From positions 23,116-87,115 of the forward strand of contig JBAYJM010000001.1 of the NCBI GenBank assembly GCA_041665065.1: DNA of 64,000 nucleotides, given 5' to 3'. This document shows, piece after piece, positions 29,515 through 39,862 of this stretch; within the stretch, counting starts at the first letter, position 1; each line of letters starts with the position of its first letter. Under the pieces are notes generated by a model that did no database searches, was not told where the DNA came from, and saw nothing but the letters and a program-made list of their open reading frames with translations. Position numbers and translations under genes: made by a program. The stretch comes from Candidatus Buchananbacteria bacterium. Its GTDB lineage: Bacteria > Patescibacteriota > Patescibacteriia > 2-01-FULL-39-33.

Positions 29515-30783
29515 ATGAAGAAAACAACAAAGAAAAAATTTATTGATATTTCTCCGCATAGAAGTATCCTTACTAAAATTAGTCAGACTGGATATTCAAT
29601 TCAGGAGGCGCTATCAGAACTTATTGATAATGCCATTGATGCGAAGTTGCCAAGAAAAAAAATGAAAGTTACTATTGATGTTTCTGAGGATGAAATTGTA
29701 ATAACTGATACGGGCAAGGGAATGTCCGAAGATCAGGCGGCCAAATCCATCAGGCTTGGTTATTCGGAGAAGAAGTGTCAGTTAGGTGAATTTGGTTTGG
29801 GACTAAAAACATCAACATCATTTTTGGGCAAGGGATTTACCCTGGTTACTTCCCCTTTAAAGTCCAATGAGGAATACATTTTGGAATATGATGAGGGTCA
29901 TTGGCTGGAACATGGTGATTGGAATAAATATCCTTTTGTCATTAATCGAGGCGTTGATCCTGAAAAAAGCGGGACGACAATAATTATTAAAAAACTTAAA
30001 GTTAAATTTTCTGAAAAGTTATTAAGCAATATTAAGGACGAGTTTGGTATGCGTTTTGGCCCGTTTATCAGTAATGGTGAGTTAGAGCTTATTTTTAATA
30101 AAGAAATTTGTGAGTCATATGTCCCTCAGATCATAGATAATAAAAAAAATGAATTCTCATTTGAATTTAAAGGCGGTAAGGCAATTGGCTGGTGGGGATA
30201 TCAGTTAAGCGGACTTAATAAAAGTTACTACGGCTTTCATACTTATAGGCGTGGCAGGCTGGTAACAATTTATGATAAAATTGGCTTGACTCCTAATCAG
30301 ACTATTAAACAAATAATTGGCGATATTCATATAGAGGGTATTCCTATTACTCATGATAAAAAGGGTTGGTTAAAATCCTCCAAAGAATATCAGGATCTTG
30401 AAAGTAAAATGAGAGAGTATTTCAAGCCATTTGAAAAAAGACCAAGGCGTATTTTGAGTGGATTTGGAGCATCATCTGGAATTGTTATCGGCACAGTCAG
30501 GTTGGTAAATATGTTTATGTCTGGCAATATAGAAACCGAGATGAAAAGAGTAGCAAAAGGTGACATAATTGTTACCGAAATGACTAGGCCGCAGTTTCTT
30601 CTTGCCATTAGGCGATCAGCTGGAATTATAACTGATATGGGCGGTAATTTATGCCATGCAGCTATAGCTTCAAGGGAATTTAATATACCGGCCGTGGTTG
30701 GTACTCAAAATGCCACGTCTGTCCTCCAAGATGGCCAAAGGGTTATTTTGGATGGTAATGAGGGATATATATATGAAGATTAA
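29515..30783 (+). CDS. GHKL (MORC/MutL-type) ATPase fused to a PEP-utilising phospho-His swivel domain
   Basis: ELIDNAIDA, DTGKGM, GEFGLGLK, GT boxes; C-terminal GDIIVTEMT.P and GG.LCHAAIASREFNIPAVVG. Confidence 0.85.
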   Translation: MKKTTKKKFIDISPHRSILTKISQTGYSIQEALSELIDNAIDAKLPRKKMKVTIDVSEDEIVITDTGKGMSEDQAAKSIRLGYSEKKCQLGEFGLGLKTSTSFLGKGFTLVTSPLKSNEEYILEYDEGHWLEHGDWNKYPFVINRGVDPEKSGTTIIIKKLKVKFSEKLLSNIKDEFGMRFGPFISNGELELIFNKEICESYVPQIIDNKKNEFSFEFKGGKAIGWWGYQLSGLNKSYYGFHTYRRGRLVTIYDKIGLTPNQTIKQIIGDIHIEGIPITHDKKGWLKSSKEYQDLESKMREYFKPFEKRPRRILSGFGASSGIVIGTVRLVNMFMSGNIETEMKRVAKGDIIVTEMTRPQFLLAIRRSAGIITDMGGNLCHAAIASREFNIPAVVGTQNATSVLQDGQRVILDGNEGYIYED

Positions 30784-31897
30784 AATCGGTGAACAATATT
30801 TGCAATTTCCAAAAGTATTGCCTAACGACCTAGAAAGTTTTTTGATTTTTTATCCAAATAAATTTCCACTCATAGTGCCTTATTATAAGGAGGTGGCAAA
30901 AAAAATTGCCGGTGATCCAGAGGAATTTAAGAAATATGGCAATTGGGCGCACGATGAATTATTTGCTGGTTTTGAAAAAATTAAAAAAGATTATGAGAAT
31001 GGCGACCAGTCAAACCTTGATTTTTTAGTCAAAATTGATCAGAGATTTAATAAATTAATTTGCTATCGGTTCTGGATTGTTAATTACCTTTTTCCGGATG
31101 GACCAATACACGATTTTTATGTTGAGGTTTTAAAAAATTCAATTCGTAAATTTACAGATGTATCTGATGAGGTGGAAGAATTCGAAGGTAAAATTACAAG
31201 AATTCAAAGAGATCTTTTGCAAAGCGACTATGCCGATCTTTATTTACAGCAAGCACTCAACTCGGTAGAGTTATATGAGTTATTGGCCAGTAGTAAGAAT
31301 TCAAAATCTATTTTATCTAAGGCAGAGGATATTATTAGTCATCATAAATTGGAAGATGCGCCCGAAATAAATGTTCTTTGGGACGATCTTGTGACAATGA
31401 TCAAGGATGAAACCAATAATGATCCCACAATTTTAAAAATAAAAGATAAGCTGCAGTTTGTTATCAATCAGGCTATAATGAGAAAATCTAATCAGCCTAT
31501 TTATAATATGTTGACCCAAGCCGTTGAATTTCGTAAAGAGAATGAGGAGCTATTTAAAAGGCATGGACAGATGGGCGGTAAGTTAGATGTTATTTTTTCT
31601 CAAGCTAAAGATCGGCTTGATGCGGAGGAATTTAAATTGTTTCAGGTGGCTTATGAGCAATCTCGTAATTTTGCAATGTTTAAAGATGTTATGGGGGAAA
31701 TTGACAGGCCTCTTTTGCCGCTTTGGTTTGGATTGCATGATAAAGTTAAGGCAATCCTCACAAAAGATCAAAAAGTTGACCTTTCAAGAACAGGACATGC
31801 CTGTATGTTCTACCGTTTTGTTTGGTATTTGCCGGCACATTTAAAAGATGAAGTAATGAAGGCTGATATGACGCCATTTGATTTGAAAACAATTTAG
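30773..31897 (+). CDS. Hypothetical helical protein in the PEP-utiliser operon
   Basis: ATG overlaps the upstream stop; long ORF with host-like composition. Confidence 0.8.
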   Translation: MKIKIGEQYLQFPKVLPNDLESFLIFYPNKFPLIVPYYKEVAKKIAGDPEEFKKYGNWAHDELFAGFEKIKKDYENGDQSNLDFLVKIDQRFNKLICYRFWIVNYLFPDGPIHDFYVEVLKNSIRKFTDVSDEVEEFEGKITRIQRDLLQSDYADLYLQQALNSVELYELLASSKNSKSILSKAEDIISHHKLEDAPEINVLWDDLVTMIKDETNNDPTILKIKDKLQFVINQAIMRKSNQPIYNMLTQAVEFRKENEELFKRHGQMGGKLDVIFSQAKDRLDAEEFKLFQVAYEQSRNFAMFKDVMGEIDRPLLPLWFGLHDKVKAILTKDQKVDLSRTGHACMFYRFVWYLPAHLKDEVMKADMTPFDLKTI

Positions 31898-31911
31898 TAT
31901 TTAAAACTATC

Positions 31912-32859
31912 ATGAAAGACGTATTAAAATTAACAGAAATAGATAAAAATGATGTAGGAATCGCTGGAGGCAAGGGCGCATCGCTTGGAGAAATGACTCA
32001 GGCTGGGATTCCTGTACCGCCGGGTTTTATTATTAGTTCTGACGCTTTTGAGAAATTTTTACAGATATCGGAAATTGATAAAAAGATTGAAGCTTTACTT
32101 GCTGGAGTTGATGGCAAGGATGATGATATGGTTGAAAAAGTTTCTAAACAAATTGAAGAATTAATTTTAAAGTCAGATATTCCTGATGATTTGGTTAATA
32201 AAATATCTGATGAATATAAATTTTTAGATGCGTCATTTGTGGCAGTCAGGTCATCGGCGACAGCCGAAGATGGCGCTACATGCGCTTGGGCCGGCCAATT
32301 AGATAGCTACTTAAACACAAAAGAAAAAGATCTTTTGAAAAATATCAAGCGTTGCTGGGCTTCTCTTTTTACGCCAAGAGCAATTTTTTATAGGATTGAA
32401 AATAAGCTAGAAGATACTAAAATTTCAGTAGCGGTTGTGGTGCAGAAGATGGTTGATAGCGAAATGGCAGGCGTGGCATTTTCAGTGCACCCCGTGACTG
32501 AGGATAGAAATCAACTTATAATCGAGGCGGTATATGGATTGGGAGAGGCCTTGGTTTCAGGAATGATTACGCCAAATAGTTATGTTATTGAAAAAGACTC
32601 AAAAAATATTATTGAAAAAAATGTAATTAACCAGAAGCGCGGATTTTACAAAAATGAGGTTGAAGGAAGCAGTGATTGGAAAGACGTTGAAGATGGTCTG
32701 GGAGAAAAACAAGTGCTTTCTGATGAGCAAATAATTGAGTTATCAAATCTGGTAATGGATATAGAAAATCACTACGGTTTTCCTTGCGACATAGAATGGG
32801 CTTTTGAAAGTGGAAAGTTTTATATCGTGCAGAGTAGGCCGATAACAACTTTAAAATAA
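31912..32859 (+). CDS. Stand-alone ATP-grasp (PEP synthase/PPDK N-terminal) domain protein
   Basis: GGKGASLGEM, VPPGF, AVRSSATAED, AGQ, VVVQKM, GLGEALVSG, DIEWA, QSRPIT; ends with no swivel or pyruvate domain. Confidence 0.92.
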   Translation: MKDVLKLTEIDKNDVGIAGGKGASLGEMTQAGIPVPPGFIISSDAFEKFLQISEIDKKIEALLAGVDGKDDDMVEKVSKQIEELILKSDIPDDLVNKISDEYKFLDASFVAVRSSATAEDGATCAWAGQLDSYLNTKEKDLLKNIKRCWASLFTPRAIFYRIENKLEDTKISVAVVVQKMVDSEMAGVAFSVHPVTEDRNQLIIEAVYGLGEALVSGMITPNSYVIEKDSKNIIEKNVINQKRGFYKNEVEGSSDWKDVEDGLGEKQVLSDEQIIELSNLVMDIENHYGFPCDIEWAFESGKFYIVQSRPITTLK

Positions 32860-32912
32860 ATTTTTTCAAACAAAAAACCTGGCTTCTCGGCCAGGTTTTT
32901 TTGAGATATAAA

Positions 32913-34760
32913 TTATGCAACTTCATCGGCTGTAACCGGTTTTATCTCCGGTTCAAAAATTGCATTAAATTCTTCTGTCTCAAGAGTTTCTTTTACAAGC
33001 AGTTCGCTGGATATTTTATCTAAGTATACTTTTTTATCTCTTATAATCTCTCTGGCTTTGTCTGCCCCAGCTTTTATAAGCTTGGTAATTTCTTCATCGA
33101 TCATTTCCGCGCTCTTTTCCGAGTAGTCTCTTTGTTCATGAATATCCCGTCCCAAGAAGACCATCTCCTCTTTATGCCCAAAAGTTCTAAGTCCGGTTTT
33201 TTCGTTCATGCCGAATTCGGTAATAATTCTTTTTGCCAATTTTGTAGCTTGCATCAAATCATTCTGGGCTCCAGTAGTAACTTCGCCGAAAACTTCTTCC
33301 TCGGCTATTCTGCCGGCAAGGAAAACCGAAAGTTCTTCAATGAATTCACTGCGAGTGTGCATTTTTTTATCTTCGGATGGAAGTTTTAAAGTAAATCCGG
33401 CAGCCATTCCCCGAGCGATTATCGAAACTTTTCTAACTGCGTCAGTATTTGGAAGTTCGTGAGCAACTAAGGCATGACCAGCTTCATGATAGGCTGTAAT
33501 TTTTTTCTCACGAGTATTTAGGATGTGGCTTTTTCTTTCCGGTCCCAAGATTATTTTATCTATGCTTTTTAAAATATCATCAAGGCTGACTTCTTTTTTA
33601 TTTTTAAGCGCTGCCAAAATTGCAGATTCGTTAAGCAGGTTTGCCAAATCAGCTCCGGAAAAGCCGGGAGTCATTTCGCCGATTCTTCTTAGATCAACAT
33701 TATCAGCAAGCGGTTTGTTTTTACTGTGAACCATTAAAATGCTTTCTCTGTCGTTGATGTCTGGTAAGTCTAAAGTAACCCTTCGATCAAACCTTCCCGG
33801 CCTAAGCAAGGCTGAATCTAATACGTCAGGCCTGTTTGTCGCGGCCATGACAATAATATTTGTATTCGGCTCGAAGCCGTCCATTTCCACAAGTATTTGA
33901 TTTAAAGTTTGTTCTCTTTCATCATGTGATCCGCCAAGTCCAGCTCCTCTTTGTCTGCCAACCGCGTCAATTTCGTCAATAAAAATTATACAAGGGGCAT
34001 TCTTTTTTGCTTTCCGAAATAAATCTCGGACTCTTGATGCGCCGACACCGACAAACATTTCTACAAATTCAGATCCGGAGATGCTAAAAAATGGGACGTT
34101 GGCTTCGCCGGCTACTGCTTTTGCTAAAAGTGTTTTTCCAGTTCCAGGAGCGCCTAAAAGCAAAACACCTTTTGGAATAGTGGCACCAAGTGACAAGAAT
34201 TTTTTTGGATTTTTTAAAAAGTCTACAATCTCAACCAACTCTTGTTTGGCCTCTTTTACGCCGGCGACATCTTTAAAAGTAGTTTTAAGATTCTTGCTTA
34301 AATTGAATTCTTTAGCTCCGCTTTGTCCGAAGCTCATTGCCTTGTTGTTGGCTCCTTGAGCCTGTCTCATAATAAACCAGAAAAAAACGATAATTAAAAT
34401 GAAAGAAACCAGAAACGGGGCTATGGTCAGTAAAACATATTTCATGGTACTGTCATTTTTAACTTGGATATTTACGGCGGCCAATTTTTCTCCATTTACA
34501 TTTAAATCTTTAAGTAGGGCGGGCAAGCTATCCGTGCCCTCTTTTTGCATCATTTGTTTAGTGCCATCAAGAAGAGTTATGTTGACGGTATTATTACTAA
34601 CATCAAGAGACTTAATTTTACCTTGATTTATCTCTTCGACCAGGCTTGTTTGTCCAATTTCGGAGATTTTGGTTCCCGTATTGTTTACCAAGCTAAATAT
34701 TGCCGATATAATGATAAATATTACAAATGCGATGATTAAATTTCGGGTCAAGTTTTTCAT
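32913..34760 (-). CDS. ftsH: ATP-dependent zinc metalloprotease FtsH
   Basis: Two TM helices, [28 protein letters not shown]. Confidence 0.97.
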   Translation of the reverse strand: MKNLTRNLIIAFVIFIIISAIFSLVNNTGTKISEIGQTSLVEEINQGKIKSLDVSNNTVNITLLDGTKQMMQKEGTDSLPALLKDLNVNGEKLAAVNIQVKNDSTMKYVLLTIAPFLVSFILIIVFFWFIMRQAQGANNKAMSFGQSGAKEFNLSKNLKTTFKDVAGVKEAKQELVEIVDFLKNPKKFLSLGATIPKGVLLLGAPGTGKTLLAKAVAGEANVPFFSISGSEFVEMFVGVGASRVRDLFRKAKKNAPCIIFIDEIDAVGRQRGAGLGGSHDEREQTLNQILVEMDGFEPNTNIIVMAATNRPDVLDSALLRPGRFDRRVTLDLPDINDRESILMVHSKNKPLADNVDLRRIGEMTPGFSGADLANLLNESAILAALKNKKEVSLDDILKSIDKIILGPERKSHILNTREKKITAYHEAGHALVAHELPNTDAVRKVSIIARGMAAGFTLKLPSEDKKMHTRSEFIEELSVFLAGRIAEEEVFGEVTTGAQNDLMQATKLAKRIITEFGMNEKTGLRTFGHKEEMVFLGRDIHEQRDYSEKSAEMIDEEITKLIKAGADKAREIIRDKKVYLDKISSELLVKETLETEEFNAIFEPEIKPVTADEVA

Positions 34761-34839
34761 AGTTTTTTAATAAGTTAACGTAAAAATTGAGTTAAAGCTA
34801 TTGTTCAAATATCTAGTATAATACTAATTTTATATAAAA

Positions 34840-35433
34840 ATGTCAATGATTATTCAAAAAACAATCGACAATGCCTGGGACGCCACTTTATTTAGAATAA
34901 TCCCCAAGTGGGTCAGGCCAAATCATTTGACTATTGCCAAAATTATATTTTTGCCGATAATTGTATTGGTTTTCTATTTTGGCAATTTTTGGATCGCTTT
35001 GGCTTTATTTATTATTGCTGCATTGTTTGATAGCATTGACGGAGCGCTGGCAAGAAAAAGGAATTTAATCTCGCCTTTGGGCACTTGGCTGGATCCATTC
35101 GCAGACAAATTACTGATAGTTGTCGCTATAATTCTTATTTATAGTTTTTACCCCTATAAAAGTTTTTTAATGATAGTGGCAATAATTGAAATCGCCGCCA
35201 TTATCATAAGTGTAATTGTTCATTTTGGCTTAAAAGAGGTAGGTATTGTAAAGGCAGACTGGTGGGGAAAAATTAAGCTGGCATTGCAAGTTGCGGGTGT
35301 TGTGCTTATTATACTTTTTATAATTTCCGGTAATTTAGGTATTTTGTTTTTAAGCGCAATTATCCTTTCGGTAGCGATTGTTTTTTCTTTGGCAAGCATT
35401 TTCAATCGTATTTATATTATAATAAAGAAATAA
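34840..35433 (+). CDS. CDP-alcohol phosphatidyltransferase (PgsA-like)
   Basis: PNHLT and DSIDGALAR..S.LG.WLDPFADK signature. Confidence 0.9.
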   Translation: MSMIIQKTIDNAWDATLFRIIPKWVRPNHLTIAKIIFLPIIVLVFYFGNFWIALALFIIAALFDSIDGALARKRNLISPLGTWLDPFADKLLIVVAIILIYSFYPYKSFLMIVAIIEIAAIIISVIVHFGLKEVGIVKADWWGKIKLALQVAGVVLIILFIISGNLGILFLSAIILSVAIVFSLASIFNRIYIIIKK

Positions 35434-35479
35434 AGATTAGATTAAAAAATCCCCGCCACTTGGCGGGGATTTAAGCTGA

Positions 35480-36709
35480 TTATTTTTTGGCCTTTTTTTC
35501 TTTTTTCTCTTCTTTGGCTTTAGCTTTTTCTTCTTTTGCATCAGGTTCTTTCTTTTTCTCTTTCACTTCCTCTGTTTTGGCTTCTGCCACCTTAACTTCT
35601 TCAGCCTTGGGCTTTTCTTCTTTTGGCTTGGCAAAGCTCAGTCCAAGTCGATGGTTTTTAGGGTCTAGCGATACAACATAAAAATCCAGTTCATCGCCTT
35701 GCTTGGCAAAATCATTGATGCTGGCAACCGGCTTATCGCTAAGCTGTGAAATGTGAGCAAGTCCATGGATGTTCTTTTCTAATTCTACAAACAGTCCAAA
35801 AGGATTTAACTTAATTACCTTGCCTTTGACCTTCTGTCCAATGGCATATTTCTTTTCAATTCCATCCCAAGGATCTTTTAGCATCTTTTTCATGGATAAA
35901 AATATCTTGGAATTTTCAATGCCGATAATTTCAGCCGTTACTCTTTGTCCAACTTTGACAAAGTCGTTTGGATTTTCAATTCTCTGCCAGGCAATTTCTG
36001 AAATGTGAATCAGCCCTTCTAATTTATCGTCGAATTCGACAAATACTCCAAAGTCAGTGACTGCAGTTACGCTGCCTTCGACTTGCTGGCCTACTTTATA
36101 TTTATTTAGAACATCTTTTTGTGTTTCTTCCCAAGCAGTCTTTTCAGAAACGATTAATTTATCGTCTTCTTCATTTAAATCTAAAACTTTAACATCAAAT
36201 TTTTTGCCGATGTAGCCTTTTAGGATTTCAAGAATTCTCATTTTGTCTCCGCCGGGAACTCTTGGATAATGTTCAGGAGATAACTGTGAGACTGGCAAGA
36301 ATCCAACTGTGTTTTCAACTTTAATCATCAATCCGCCTTTGTTGGCGTCAGTAATTAAGGCTTGGACAATGTTGGCGGCTTTTTCTAAATCACGCAAACT
36401 CTGCCAGGCTTTTTGTCTTCCGGCATATTGGAATGATAATTCTATTTCGCCATTTTCATTTTCTAATTCTAAAACAGTCGCTTCTATAATATCACCAGGT
36501 TTTAGGTTTTTGTATTCTTCGGATTCGTCGTATCTTTCCCGTCCTCTGACAACGCCGGTGGCAACTCCGCCCAGGTCGATGTGGACTTCATTTTTGTTTG
36601 AGGAAATTACTGTTCCCTTAACCAATTCGCCAACTTTTGGCAAATTAAAATACTGCTTTTCTTCAAGCAGTTTCGTCATTATTGATTCTTTTTTTTCTTT
36701 TGTGCTCAT
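35480..36709 (-). CDS. rpsA: 30S ribosomal protein S1 (four S1 repeats)
   Basis: S1 repeats (NKGGL, DFGVFV..LEGLIHISE, PFGLFV..GLAHISQ); K/E-rich tail. Confidence 0.9.
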   Translation of the reverse strand: MSTKEKKESIMTKLLEEKQYFNLPKVGELVKGTVISSNKNEVHIDLGGVATGVVRGRERYDESEEYKNLKPGDIIEATVLELENENGEIELSFQYAGRQKAWQSLRDLEKAANIVQALITDANKGGLMIKVENTVGFLPVSQLSPEHYPRVPGGDKMRILEILKGYIGKKFDVKVLDLNEEDDKLIVSEKTAWEETQKDVLNKYKVGQQVEGSVTAVTDFGVFVEFDDKLEGLIHISEIAWQRIENPNDFVKVGQRVTAEIIGIENSKIFLSMKKMLKDPWDGIEKKYAIGQKVKGKVIKLNPFGLFVELEKNIHGLAHISQLSDKPVASINDFAKQGDELDFYVVSLDPKNHRLGLSFAKPKEEKPKAEEVKVAEAKTEEVKEKKKEPDAKEEKAKAKEEKKEKKAKK

Positions 36710-36991
36710 ACAAGTAATTAGCCTCTGAGAGCCTCAGAAGCCCCGCTTTTTAGTTATTAAGTTTGGACTTTTTGTCCGTTTGTTGCGGGTTTTTAATTGA
36801 GATTAGTATAGTATATTTTGGAATTAAAGTCAATGGATAATTATTTTTAAAATTAAAAATATGTGCAAATTGGGCTGTGGATAAGTCTCTGGCTAATTTT
36901 AGTAGTTTTATTGTACAATATAAATGTGAAGCTCACACGAGCTTACATGTTCCTACCATGGTAGAAGTCTGACAAGAAGGAGACTCTCAGC

Positions 36992-37429
36992 ATGCGGAAA
37001 TGGTTCGTGGTACCCATTATTCTCTTGGCCGTCTTGGCCGCGATTCCTCTGGCTGTGGCTCTGACGAGCCCGACGGTGGCCGTTCAGGAAGCCGAGAGCG
37101 TACAGATGCCGGCGACGCCGACGATGATGGCTGCGCAAGACCTGAAGACGCCCGCGATCGAAGACACGGGCCAGACGTTCGTTGAGCAGCAGCCTGCGCT
37201 CACCAACGAATACGCCGCCACCGTGCATGTCGTCTACGACACGAGTCCGGCGCCGGCGCTTATCTCCCTGGCAAGCGAGCAGAAGCTCACCTCCGCGGAC
37301 GGCGTAATCGACGCAGAAGACACCCCCTCGGTCACCGTGGCTTACGGCGACACCGGGCCGGCTGTTGCTTTCGCGATCGACGCTCAGAAGATGTCGGCGA
37401 AGACGGCGACCCAGGCAATCCTCACGTAA
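36992..37429 (+). CDS. Secreted hypothetical protein, Ala/Thr-rich, markedly GC-rich
   Basis: SD AAGGAG; signal peptide MRKWFVVPIILLAVLAAIPLAVA; downstream hairpin GAACTGGC..GCCAGTTC. Confidence 0.7.
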   Translation: MRKWFVVPIILLAVLAAIPLAVALTSPTVAVQEAESVQMPATPTMMAAQDLKTPAIEDTGQTFVEQQPALTNEYAATVHVVYDTSPAPALISLASEQKLTSADGVIDAEDTPSVTVAYGDTGPAVAFAIDAQKMSAKTATQAILT

Positions 37430-37562
37430 GAGGACATGGGTCGGGAAGACTTTGGGTCTGAAAAGACCTTTAGCGGTGCGGAACTGGCAAGAAATACGAA
37501 ACACGCCAGTTCCCCCGCTTATTTTATTTGCTTTAAAATCATAAAATGCTAGTATATTAAAT

Positions 37563-37883
37563 ATGAAAAGATTCACCAAAAAGAAAGAGGATTTCATCTG
37601 TCAAAATTGCGGGCAGGAAGTCAAAGGCGATGGCTATACAAATCATTGCCCTCATTGTCTTTGGTCAAAACACGTTGATGTTAATCCCGGCGACCGCCTT
37701 GAGGAATGTGGCGGAATGATGAGGCCTATTGATGTTTACAAACAGAAACAAGACTGGATACTAACTCATCGCTGTGAAATCTGTGGGGCAATAAAACGGA
37801 ATAAAATTGATGAAAACGATGATTTCGACAAGGTGATAAAATTGGTCAAAGAGATTAGCGATAAAAAAACAAAAAAATCATAA
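37563..37883 (+). CDS. RNHCP domain protein
   Basis: FICQNCG, TNHCPHCLWSKHVD..PGDR...CGG.M. Confidence 0.9.
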   Translation: MKRFTKKKEDFICQNCGQEVKGDGYTNHCPHCLWSKHVDVNPGDRLEECGGMMRPIDVYKQKQDWILTHRCEICGAIKRNKIDENDDFDKVIKLVKEISDKKTKKS

Positions 37884-37993
37884 ATTAATTACTATTTTAA
37901 TTTATTTTTGTTATAATTAATTTAAGTTTAGTAATTCAAATAGCCTAAGATGGTTGTTTTTTTAAATCACCATTTTTATAAACTTATTTATAT

Positions 37994-39715
37994 ATGGCCA
38001 TTGGAACAATACCGGAAAAATTCGTTGAGATAGCGGAAAAATTTCCAAATAAAACCGCCCTCATGCATAAGCAGAAGGGCAAATACAAATCAATCACCTT
38101 TACTCAATTATTTGAGTCGGTGAGAGTGGCTTGCTCGGCGCTTAAGGAAATGGGAATTGGCAAGGGCGACAAGGTTGCCATCATGTCCGAAGGCCGGCCG
38201 GAATGGGTGATAGTTGATTTGGCGGCCATGTGTCTTGGAGCGATAACTGTTCCAATCCATACGACTCTTAGCGCCAAAATTATCAACCACATAATAGAGC
38301 ACAGCGAGGCCAAAATAATTTTTGCTTCTAAAACTGAATATCTAAATAAAATTTCTCAAGATGAATGCATTTGTCTTGAGAATTTTGTTTTAATGGAGAA
38401 TTTTGTTGGGAGCGAAATTGAAATTAAAAAAACAATCAGTTGGAAAAAGTTTTTTGAATTGGTAAAAGATAAAAATTTCAAATTGGAAAAAATAGATTCA
38501 GAAGATGTTTGTACAATTATTTATACCTCCGGCACCACTGGCTTGCCCAAAGGCGTAATGCTTTCGCATAAAAATATTTTAAGCAATGTCGAGATGATTT
38601 TAAAAGGTATTCCTGCTTACTCAAGTGATACCTTCTTGTCATTTCTGCCATTGTCACATGTTTTGGAGCGAACTGCAGGCTATTATGTTCCTCTTTCGGT
38701 TGGTGCGACAATCGCTTATGCGGAAAATTCCAAAACTTTGCCCAAAAATTTGCTGGAAATAAAACCAACGATTTTGATTTGCGTGCCAAGAATTTTTGAA
38801 AAATTTAGTGATGCGATTTGGGACAATATTGGCAAGTCATCTGCGTTAAGTAAAAAAATATTTTATTGGGCGCTTAAAAGAAAAAAGGGCCTTGGGTATT
38901 TTATCGCCGATAAATTGGTTTTTAAAAAAGTTAGGAATAAAATGGGCGGACGTTTGCGCTTGGCGGTTTCCGGCGGTGCTTCGCTTGATGAAAGAATCGG
39001 CAAGTTTTTTAATAAAGTGGGAGTAAAAATTTTAGAAGGCTATGGCTTGACGGAAACAGCGCCGGTTTTGTCAGCAAACAGATTGGATAATTTTAAATTT
39101 GGAACAGTCGGACGACCTCTTTTGGGATTAGAAATAAAAATTTCTGCTGATAAGGAAATTTTAGCTAAGGGCCCGAACGTGATGAAGGGTTATTATAAAA
39201 ATGAAATAGAAACAAAAGAAGCAATTGATGATGAAGGCTGGTTCCATACCGGTGATTTTGGCTTTATTGACAGTGACGGCTTTTTGGTAATTATCGGCAG
39301 GAAAAAAGAAATGATTATAACTTCCGGTGGCAAAAATATCTGGCCGGAGCACATTGAAACAGAACTTAATTTTGATAAATTAATTTCCCAGTCAATCATT
39401 GTCGGACATAAACGGAAATTTGTTTCAGCCTTGATCGTTCCAAATTGCCAGGAGTTGAATCTATATTTAAAATCAAAAGGCTTAGCTGAAAAGAAATTAT
39501 CAGATTTAAATCATGACGGAGAAATTTTAAAAATCTATCATGACTGCGTAGGAAAAATAAACGGCAATCTGTCTGATTACGAACAAATTAAAAAATTCTG
39601 TCTGATTGATAGGGAATTCACGCAGGAATTGGATGAAATCACGCCAACTTTAAAAATCAGGAGGCATGCCATTGAGCATCATTTTAAAAGGGAGATAGAG
39701 GGGATGTATTTGTAA
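37994..39715 (+). CDS. Long-chain acyl-CoA synthetase (AMP-dependent ligase)
   Basis: YTSGTTGLPKG, LPLSHV.ER, EGYGLTET, GWFHTGD, TPTLKIRR. Confidence 0.9.
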   Translation: MAIGTIPEKFVEIAEKFPNKTALMHKQKGKYKSITFTQLFESVRVACSALKEMGIGKGDKVAIMSEGRPEWVIVDLAAMCLGAITVPIHTTLSAKIINHIIEHSEAKIIFASKTEYLNKISQDECICLENFVLMENFVGSEIEIKKTISWKKFFELVKDKNFKLEKIDSEDVCTIIYTSGTTGLPKGVMLSHKNILSNVEMILKGIPAYSSDTFLSFLPLSHVLERTAGYYVPLSVGATIAYAENSKTLPKNLLEIKPTILICVPRIFEKFSDAIWDNIGKSSALSKKIFYWALKRKKGLGYFIADKLVFKKVRNKMGGRLRLAVSGGASLDERIGKFFNKVGVKILEGYGLTETAPVLSANRLDNFKFGTVGRPLLGLEIKISADKEILAKGPNVMKGYYKNEIETKEAIDDEGWFHTGDFGFIDSDGFLVIIGRKKEMIITSGGKNIWPEHIETELNFDKLISQSIIVGHKRKFVSALIVPNCQELNLYLKSKGLAEKKLSDLNHDGEILKIYHDCVGKINGNLSDYEQIKKFCLIDREFTQELDEITPTLKIRRHAIEHHFKREIEGMYL

Positions 39716-39756
39716 AAACTTGACAAGTTTTTTTGCTTATCCTATTATATATTTAT

Positions 39757-39828
39757 ATGCTAAGAATAAAGCTCAAACACAAGTATTTTATTGATTTAAA
39801 TATCATAAGCAAGTTGGAAACCGCCTAG
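39757..39828 (+). CDS. Putative leader peptide MLRIKLKHKYFIDLNIISKLETA
   Basis: ATG just after promoter TTGACA-N17-TATTAT (39720-39748); stop codon inside the terminator hairpin. Confidence 0.5.
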   Translation: MLRIKLKHKYFIDLNIISKLETA

Positions 39829-39848
39829 AACCATGAGGGCGGTTTTTT
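39818..39848 (+). terminator. Terminator/attenuator upstream of the HelD-like gene
   Basis: AAACCGCC..GGCGGTTTTTT located between the promoter and the ATG at 39863. Confidence 0.7.
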
Positions 39849-39862
39849 AGTTTAAAAAACAT

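Noticed and set aside
35480-35640. K/E/A-rich repetitive tail of S1
   Set aside because: Ordinary low-complexity extension with no exact DNA repeat unit
36953-37597. 214-aa minus-strand ORF
   Set aside because: Shadow caused by high GC; the plus-strand gene has the SD and signal peptide
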